Source: Tubulanus polymorphus
Taxonomy: Eukaryota > Animalia > Nemertea
Assembly: GCF_964204645.1 (NCBI RefSeq)
Contig: NC_134036.1
Coordinates: 7,389,434 to 7,453,433, forward strand
Direction of reading: 5' to 3'
Length of the DNA: 64,000 nucleotides
The notes under the pieces were generated by a model. It was not told the DNA's origin. It saw only the letters and a program-made list of their open reading frames with translations, and ran no database searches. The position numbers and the translations under genes were made by a program. Of this stretch, positions 59,801 to 64,000 are shown piece by piece (the first letter of the stretch is position 1; every line of letters starts with the position of its first letter).

Positions 59801-62800
59801 GTCAGTGTGCCGGCGGTGGTTGTTCGAAAAACGACTAAGTGCTGACCGGGTCATGATCAGCGTTACGACCCGGTGCAGTGAGGGAGGGAGGGAGGGAGGC
59901 AGTAGGTCGGTCGTCCATCCGTTCGTCAGTGTGCCGGCGATGGTTGTTCGAAAAACGACGAAGTGCTGACCGGGCCTTGATCAGCGTTACGACCCGGTGC
60001 AGTGAGGGAGGGAGGGAGGCACTAGGACAGTCGTCCGCCCGTTAGTCAGTGTGCCGGCGGTGGTTGTTCGAAAAACGACTAAGTGCTGACCGGGCCTTGA
60101 TCAGCGTTACGACCCGGCACCGGTCAGGGAGGGAGGGAGGGAGGCAGTAGGTCGGTCGTCCGTCCGTTCGTCACTGTGCCGGCGGTGGTAGTTCGAAAAA
60201 CGACTAAGTGCTGACCGGGCCTTGATCAGCGTTACGACCCGGAGCATTGAGGGAGGGAGGGAGGCAGTAGGTCGGTCGTCCGTCCGTTTGTCAGTGTGCC
60301 GGCAGTGATGGTTGTTCGAAAAAATGACTAAGGGCTGACCGGGCCTTGATCAGCGTTACGACCCGGCGCTGGTCAGGGCGGGAGGGAGGGAGGCAGTAGG
60401 TCGGTCGTCCATCCGTTCGTCAGTGTGCCGGCGGTGGTAGTTCGAAAAACGACTAAGTGCTGACCGGGCCTAGATCAGCGTTACGACCCGGTGCAGTGAG
60501 GGAGGGAGGGAGGCAGTAGGTCGGTCGTCCGTCCGGTCGTCAATGTGCTGGCGGTGGTTGTTCGAAAAACGACTAAGTGCTGACCGGGCCTTGATCAGCG
60601 TTACGACCCGGTGCAGTGAGGGAGGGAGGGAGGAACTAGGACAGTCGTCCGCCCGTTAGTCAGTGTGTCGGCGGTTGTTGTTCGAAAAACGACTAAGTGC
60701 TGACCGGGCCATGAACAGCGTTACGACCCGGCACCGGTCAGGAAGGGAGGGAGGGTGGCAGTAGGTCGGTCGTCCGTTCGTTGGTCAGTGTGCCGGCGGT
60801 GGTAGTTCGAAAAACGACTAAGTGCTGACCGGGCCTTGATCAGCGTTACGACCCGGCACCGGTCAGGAAGGGAGGGAGGGTGGCAGTAGGTCGGTCGTCC
60901 ATCCGTTCGTCAGTGTGCCGGCGGTGGTAGTTCGAAAAACGACTAAGTGCTGACCGGGCCTTGATCAGCGTTACGACCCGGTACAGTGAGGGAGGGAGGG
61001 AGGCAGTAGGTCGGTCGTCCGTCCGTTCGTCAGTGTGCCGGCGGTGGTTGTTCGAAAAACGACTAAGTGCTGACCGGGTCATGATCAGCGTTACGACCCG
61101 GTGCAGTGAGGGAGGGAGGGAGGGAGGCAGTAGGTCGGTCGTCCATCCGTTCGTCAGTGTGCCGGCGATGGTTGTTCGAAAAACGACGAAGTGCTGACCG
61201 GGCCTTGATCAGCGTTACGACCCGGTGCAGTGAGGGAGGGAGGGAGGCACTAGGACAGTCGTCCGCCCGTTAGTCAGTGTGCCGGCGGTGGTTGTTCGAA
61301 AAACGACTAAGTGCTGACCGGGCCTTGATCAGCGTTACGACCCGGCACCGGTCAGGGAGGGAGGGAGGGAGGCAGTAGGTCGGTCGTCCGTCCGTTCGTC
61401 ACTGTGCCGGCGGTGGTAGTTCGAAAAACGACTAAGTGCTGACCGGGCCTTGATCAGCGTTACGACCCGGAGCATTGAGGGAGGGAGGGAGGCAGTAGGT
61501 CGGTCGTCCGTCCGTTTGTCAGTGTGCCGGCAGTGATGGTTGTTCGAAAAAATGACTAAGGGCTGACCGGGCCTTGATCAGCGTTACGACCCGGCGCTGG
61601 TCAGGGCGGGAGGGAGGGAGGCAGTAGGTCGGTCGTCCATCCGTTCGTCAGTGTGCCGGCGGTGGTAGTTCGAAAAACGACTAAGTGCTGACCGGGCCTA
61701 GATCAGCGTTACGACCCGGTGCAGTGAGGGAGGGAGGGAGGCAGTAGGTCGGTCGTCCGTCCGGTCGTCAATGTGCTGGCGGTGGTTGTTCGAAAAACGA
61801 CTAAGTGCTGACCGGGCCTTGATCAGCGTTACGACCCGGTGCAGTGAGGGAGGGAGGGAGGAACTAGGACAGTCGTCCGCCCGTTAGTCAGTGTGTCGGC
61901 GGTTGTTGTTCGAAAAACGACTAAGTGCTGACCGGGCCATGAACAGCGTTACGACCCGGCACCGGTCAGGAAGGGAGGGAGGGTGGCAGTAGGTCGGTCG
62001 TCCGTTCGTTGGTCAGTGTGCCGGCGGTGGTAGTTCGAAAAACGACTAAGTGCTGACCGGGCCTTGATCAGCGTTACGACCCGGCACCGGTCAGGAAGGG
62101 AGGGAGGGTGGCAGTAGGTCGGTCGTCCATCCGTTCGTCAGTGTGCCGGCGGTGGTAGTTCGAAAAACGACTAAGTGCTGACCGGGCCTTGATCAGCGTT
62201 ACGACCCGGTACAGTGAGGGAGGGAGGGAGGCAGTAGGTCGGTCGTCCGTCCGTTCGTCAGTTTGCCGGCGGTGGTTGTTCGAAAAACGACTAAGTGCTG
62301 ACCGGGTCATGATCAGCGTTACGACCCGGTGCAGTGAGGGAGGGAGGGAGGGAGGCAGTAGGTCGGTCGTCCATCCGTTCGTCAGTGTGCCGGCGATGGT
62401 TGTTCGAAAAACGACTAATTGCTGACCGGGCCTTGATCAGCGTTACGACCCGGTGCAGTGAGGGAGGGAGGGAGGCACTAGGACAGTCGTCCGCCCGTTA
62501 GTCAGTGTGCCGGCGGTGGTTGTTCGAAAAACGACTAAGTGCTGACCGGGCCTTGATCAGCGTTACGACCGGCACCGGTCAGGGAGGGAGGGAGGGAGGC
62601 AGTAGGTCGGTCGTCCGTCCGTTCGTCACTGTGCCGGCGGTGGTAGTTCGAAAAACGACTAAGTGCTGACCGGGCCTTGATCAGCGTTACGACCCGGAGC
62701 TTTGAGGGAGGGAGGGAGGCAGTAGGTCGGTCGTCCGTCCGTTTGTCAGTGTGCCGGCAGTGATGGTTGTTCGAAAAAAATGACTAAGGGCTGACCGGGC

Positions 62801-64000
62801 CTTGATCAGCGTTACGACCCGGCGCTGGTCAGGGCGGGAGGGAGGGAGGCAGTAGGTCGGTCGTCCATCCGTTCGTCAGTGTGCCGGCGGTGGTAGTTCG
62901 AAAAACGACTAAGTGCTGACCGGGCCTAGATCAGCGTTACGACCCTGTGCAGTGAGGGAGGGAGGGAGGCAGTAGGTCGGTCGTCCGTCCGGTCGTCAGT
63001 GTGCCGGCGGTGGTTGTTCGAAAAACGACTAAGTGCTGACCGGGCCATGATCAGCGTTACGACCCGGTGCAGTGAGGGTGGGAGGGAGGAACTAGGACAG
63101 TCGTCCGCCCGTTAGTCAGTGTGTCGGCGGTTGTTGTTCGAAAAACGACTAAGTGCTGACCGGGCCATGAACAGCGTTACGACCCGGCACCGGTCAGATA
63201 GGGAGGGAGGGTGGCAGTAGGTCGGTCGTCCGTTCGTTGGTCAGTGTGCCGGCGGTGGTTGTTCGAAAAACGACTAAGCGCTGACCGGGTCATGATCAGC
63301 GTTACGACCCGGTGCAGTGAGGGAGGGAGGGAGGGAGGCAGTAGGTCGGTCGTCCGTCCGTTCGTCAGTGTGCCGGCGGTGGTTGTTCGAAAAACGACTA
63401 AGTGCTTACCGGGCCTTGATCAGCGTTACGACCCGGTGCAGTGAGGGAGGGAGGGAGGGAGGCAGTAGGTCGGTCGTCCATCCGTTCGTCAGTGTGCCGG
63501 CGGTGGTTGTTCGAAAAACGACTAAGTGCTGACCGGGCCATGATCAGCGTTACGACCCGGTGCAGTGAGGGAGGGAGGGAGGCACTAGGACAGTCGTCCG
63601 CCCGTTAGTCAGTGTGTCGGCGGTTGTTGTTCGAAAAACGACTAAGTGCTGACCGGGCCATGAACAGCGTTACGACCCGGCACCGGTCAGGGAGGGAGGC
63701 AGTAGGTCGGTCGTCCGTCCGTTCGTCATTGTGCCGGCGGTGGTAGTTCGAAAAACGACTAAGTGCTGACCGGGCCTTGATCAGCGTTACGACCCGGAGC
63801 ATTGAGGGAGGGAGGGAGGCAGTAGGTCGGTCGTCCGTCCGTTTGTCAGTGTGCCGGCAGCGATGGTTGTTCGAAAAATGACTAAGGGCTGACCGGGCCT
63901 TGATCAGCGTTACGACCCGGAGCATTGAGGGAGGGAGGGAGGCAGTAGGTCGGTCGTCCATCCGTTCGTCAGTGTGCCGGCGGTGGTAGTTCGAAAAACG
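23893..64000 (+). repeat. Satellite A tandem array, right block (~325-330 monomers), running off the window end
   Basis: Same monomer and orientation as 1-7344, with nested duplications visible from recurring diagnostic variants. Confidence 0.99.
24293..24563 (+). repeat. (GGGA)n expansion (~270 bp) inside one SatA monomer
   Basis: The usual 3-4 GGGA units are replaced by roughly 65-70 units with a few GGA/GGGGA slips. The flanks are normal monomer sequence. Confidence 0.9.

Overview
Eukaryotic (probably invertebrate) heterochromatin-type window with no intact protein-coding gene. About 47 kb is one CpG-rich ~120-bp tandem satellite (SatA; 1-7344 and 23893-64000) with nested higher-order duplications; almost all ORFs in the track are translations of repeats. 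The array is interrupted by a ~16.5-kb mosaic island (7345-23892). In order it holds: a fold-back inverted SatA monomer; (GA)n; a ~1.28-kb GC-rich tandem repeat with a recurring TATA/purine-run motif (possibly rDNA-spacer-like) and a 581-bp TTAA-flanked piggyBac-type MITE; an 82/104-bp minisatellite amplified out of that unit; an AT-rich decayed Polinton/adintovirus-like segment (protein-primed PolB with an endonuclease-VII-like insert, plus a truncated putative HNH-type gene); a doubly truncated RTE-like LINE that ends inside its FADD motif; and a second 118-bp satellite (SatB). I see no intact novel functional system. The most interesting points are the patchwork island, the viral/Polinton relic, the promoter-like repeat, and satellite birth and turnover. 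Family assignments come from motif recognition by eye, not from database searches.
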